From the IMG/VR virus record IMGVR_UViG_3300043009_000101: a stretch of 48,863 nucleotides of DNA. One strand, 5' to 3'. The notes beneath the pieces are model-generated. The model was not told the origin of the DNA, searched no databases, and worked only from the letters and a program-made list of their open reading frames with translations. Every line of letters starts with the position of its first letter. Positions within the stretch are counted from its first letter, which is position 1. The DNA is from a virus (Duplodnaviria; Heunggongvirae; Uroviricota; Caudoviricetes). This document shows positions 47,044 to 48,863 of this stretch, in pieces. The position numbers and the translations under genes are program-made.

Positions 47044-47506
47044 CCTTTCTAACAGATAAACTGTATTTTCTATATAGTATATAAGATATTATTGCAACAA
47101 AACATTCTGCGATTGTTAACCACAATGCATGCTGCAAATGAAATAAGTAAAAGTCTAAACCCAAAATCAACACAAAAACAACAAAAGACAGACTGAATAC
47201 TTTAAACCAGCGATTCATACTTCTGCCAGCTTCTATGTATCGTATCAGTCTGCCTGAACTAAACCCTTTTACATCTTGCAAACTGTACAATCGTTCAACA
47301 ACAAGAGGTGTAATATGCTCAATATCTTTCAACAAGATATTCAGTTCCTCTTTGTCATTGTGTCCTTTAGACAAGGTTATCATATACCGCTTTCGGTCCC
47401 CGCCATCTGCATATATATCTAAAAAATATATGTCATTTCGGCTAGATTCCATTGTAAAAGATACCCTATAATCGTCCACTATCTTTTCTTTTAACTCTAT
47501 AAACAC
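47024..47506 (-). CDS. Membrane protein with two C-terminal TM helices
   Basis: Soluble N-domain plus two hydrophobic helices; GTG start. Confidence 0.7.
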   Translation of the reverse strand: MFIELKEKIVDDYRVSFTMESSRNDIYFLDIYADGGDRKRYMITLSKGHNDKEELNILLKDIEHITPLVVERLYSLQDVKGFSSGRLIRYIEAGRSMNRWFKVFSLSFVVFVLILGLDFYLFHLQHALWLTIAECFVAIISYILYRKYSLSVRKDDVPNA

Positions 47507-47601
47507 CGCTATTCACGTCCCCTTTTGGTTCTATTTACTTAATAGTGTATCAGAAAGAGTGTTGAAATCAAAAAAAGCGGGCAGACAGTTTGCATATAGT
47601 A

Positions 47602-48495
47602 TTAACGAGCAAGGAGCTTTGCCCTTGCTCGTATTTTGTTTGTATTGGTGAAATTTACTTTTGCAACCTTATCTAAGGCTGTTATGTCATGCTCTTGTAT
47701 AAACTTTACACCTTCCTCAACAGTATTTTGACCTGCACCTTTTGGGAAGTTAAAGTCGTACTCATCTCGCAACTTATCCAGAGAATTTAGGTACTTGGCT
47801 CTTGCTATCACTGCCGCTGCCATAACGGAGACATCTTCACTATCTGCCCGATTTTTGAACTCTATATTTTGTATAGGCTCTTTCATATATCTCAATTCAT
47901 AATAGTGTTTTTTCGTGCAGAAGGCATCAATTGTACGAATACCTGGCAATGCTTCTTTATCGGCGAGTACTTTCCAAACTTTATCGTGGAAAAAACATTT
48001 CATATCCACTAAGGACATACCCTGCTTAACAAGGCGATTGTATTGCTCTGGGTGTACTGTTACACAAGCAAAAGTGCATGTTTGTCTAACGAGTGCATCT
48101 AGGCGAAGAACAGCCTTGTCTGTCATTTTCTTTGTATCTCGCAAACCTTCACGGGTTAACTGCTCTGCTATGGCTGGTGTTGGTACAATTACTGCACCAA
48201 ATGTCATAGGCCCGTAGTATTCACCGCAGCCAGCTTCATCTGAGCCAGCACGTGGAAATGTAACTACATCTTTGTAATCAATCCTATCGTGGTCAATTAA
48301 ATCCATTGCCCAAGCTATATCTGTACCTTGAAGGAGTAGAGTACCCGATGTGTAAGCAGTAGCTGTACAACCGTCCATTTTTAATCGCCACAAGGTGTAT
48401 TGTGGTTTGGTTTCTTGGGTGGAGTATGGTAAAAGTTTGGCTTTTAATTGTGCAAGAGATTCCTTGGTATTGCCTTTACAACTAAAAGAGGACAT
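47602..48495 (-). CDS. rnhC: Ribonuclease HIII
   Basis: N-terminal TBP-like domain (TATAYTSGTLLLQG), then GSDEAG.GEYYGP, GLRDTKK, IDAF, RADS..SVMAAAVIAR, FPKGAG. Confidence 0.85.
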   Translation of the reverse strand: MSSFSCKGNTKESLAQLKAKLLPYSTQETKPQYTLWRLKMDGCTATAYTSGTLLLQGTDIAWAMDLIDHDRIDYKDVVTFPRAGSDEAGCGEYYGPMTFGAVIVPTPAIAEQLTREGLRDTKKMTDKAVLRLDALVRQTCTFACVTVHPEQYNRLVKQGMSLVDMKCFFHDKVWKVLADKEALPGIRTIDAFCTKKHYYELRYMKEPIQNIEFKNRADSEDVSVMAAAVIARAKYLNSLDKLRDEYDFNFPKGAGQNTVEEGVKFIQEHDITALDKVAKVNFTNTNKIRARAKLLAR

Positions 48496-48863
48496 TTAGT
48501 TGCCCTCTTTTTCTTTTAGCACAGCATCGTGCATAGCTTCAAGCTGTTGTAACTGCTGCATATAAATCAGATAAGTGTCGGAATTTTCTGACATAGCGTT
48601 CAACTGGTTTTTATACCAATTTACGAGATGATTGTAATTTTCCTCGGAAGATACACAGGTTCGCATAAGAGAAGATGTGCTAGTGTCTGAAAAAACAGGT
48701 GCATCTTCTTCATCATTAGGAACATCTTCGTCAGTATCTTCTACATCTGTATCAATATCTTCGTCATATTCATCATCTTCGTCAATATCTTCTACATATG
48801 TATCTTCATAATCATCCTCATCTTCGTCATCAATTTCGCTATACCCTCGTGTAAACCAAGATG
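48496..48863 (-). CDS. C-terminal part of an acidic hypothetical protein (truncated by the window end)
   Basis: Open frame SWFTRGYSEIDDEDEDD...KEKEGN, with stop at 48498-48496 abutting the rnhC ATG; absent from the track because the start is outside the window. Confidence 0.8.
   Translation of the reverse strand, partial: SWFTRGYSEIDDEDEDDYEDTYVEDIDEDDEYDEDIDTDVEDTDEDVPNDEEDAPVFSDTSTSSLMRTCVSSEENYNHLVNWYKNQLNAMSENSDTYLIYMQQLQQLEAMHDAVLKEKEGN

Noticed and set aside
1-48863. Stop-codon reassignment as in some jumbo phages
   Set aside because: Long recognisable genes are intact under code 11, TAA, TAG and TGA all end genes, and the fragmented genes are explained by IS junctions.
1-48863. tRNA, rRNA, cas or virion genes
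   Set aside because: No cloverleaf/T-loop signature, rRNA-like sequence, Cas motifs or capsid/terminase/portal motifs recognised by eye; divergent ones among the hypotheticals cannot be excluded.

Overview
An AT-rich window with almost all genes on the minus strand and many hypothetical proteins. It looks like part of a large mobile replicon (jumbo phage or giant plasmid-like element) of a Bacillota host; no virion, rRNA, tRNA or core housekeeping operon is visible. Recognisable content: a three-gene ter-associated operon (HpcH/HpaI-like, PRTase-TRSP, StiP-PELOTA), DNA/RNA-processing enzymes (DEDDh exonuclease, beta-CASP MBL hydrolase, UvrD helicase, RNase HIII), a block of cell-wall and surface proteins, a tandem C5-methyltransferase pair with a putative nuclease, and two diverged IS607-family elements with large zinc-finger-less TnpB-like proteins and a conserved, covarying right-end RNA. 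Top finding: an orphan type I-E-like CRISPR mini-array (repeat, 32-nt spacer, repeat; 5390-5480) with its own promoter and terminator and no cas genes in the window. Its single spacer matches the neighbouring HpcH/HpaI-like gene (4955-4986) at 26/32 nt, all six mismatches are synonymous (both encode KLAEKNINPE), and an AAC PAM-like triplet lies next to the match. The simplest inference is that the element borrows host Cascade to attack close relatives carrying a differently coded allele while sparing itself. Protein family calls come from motif recognition by eye, not database searches.
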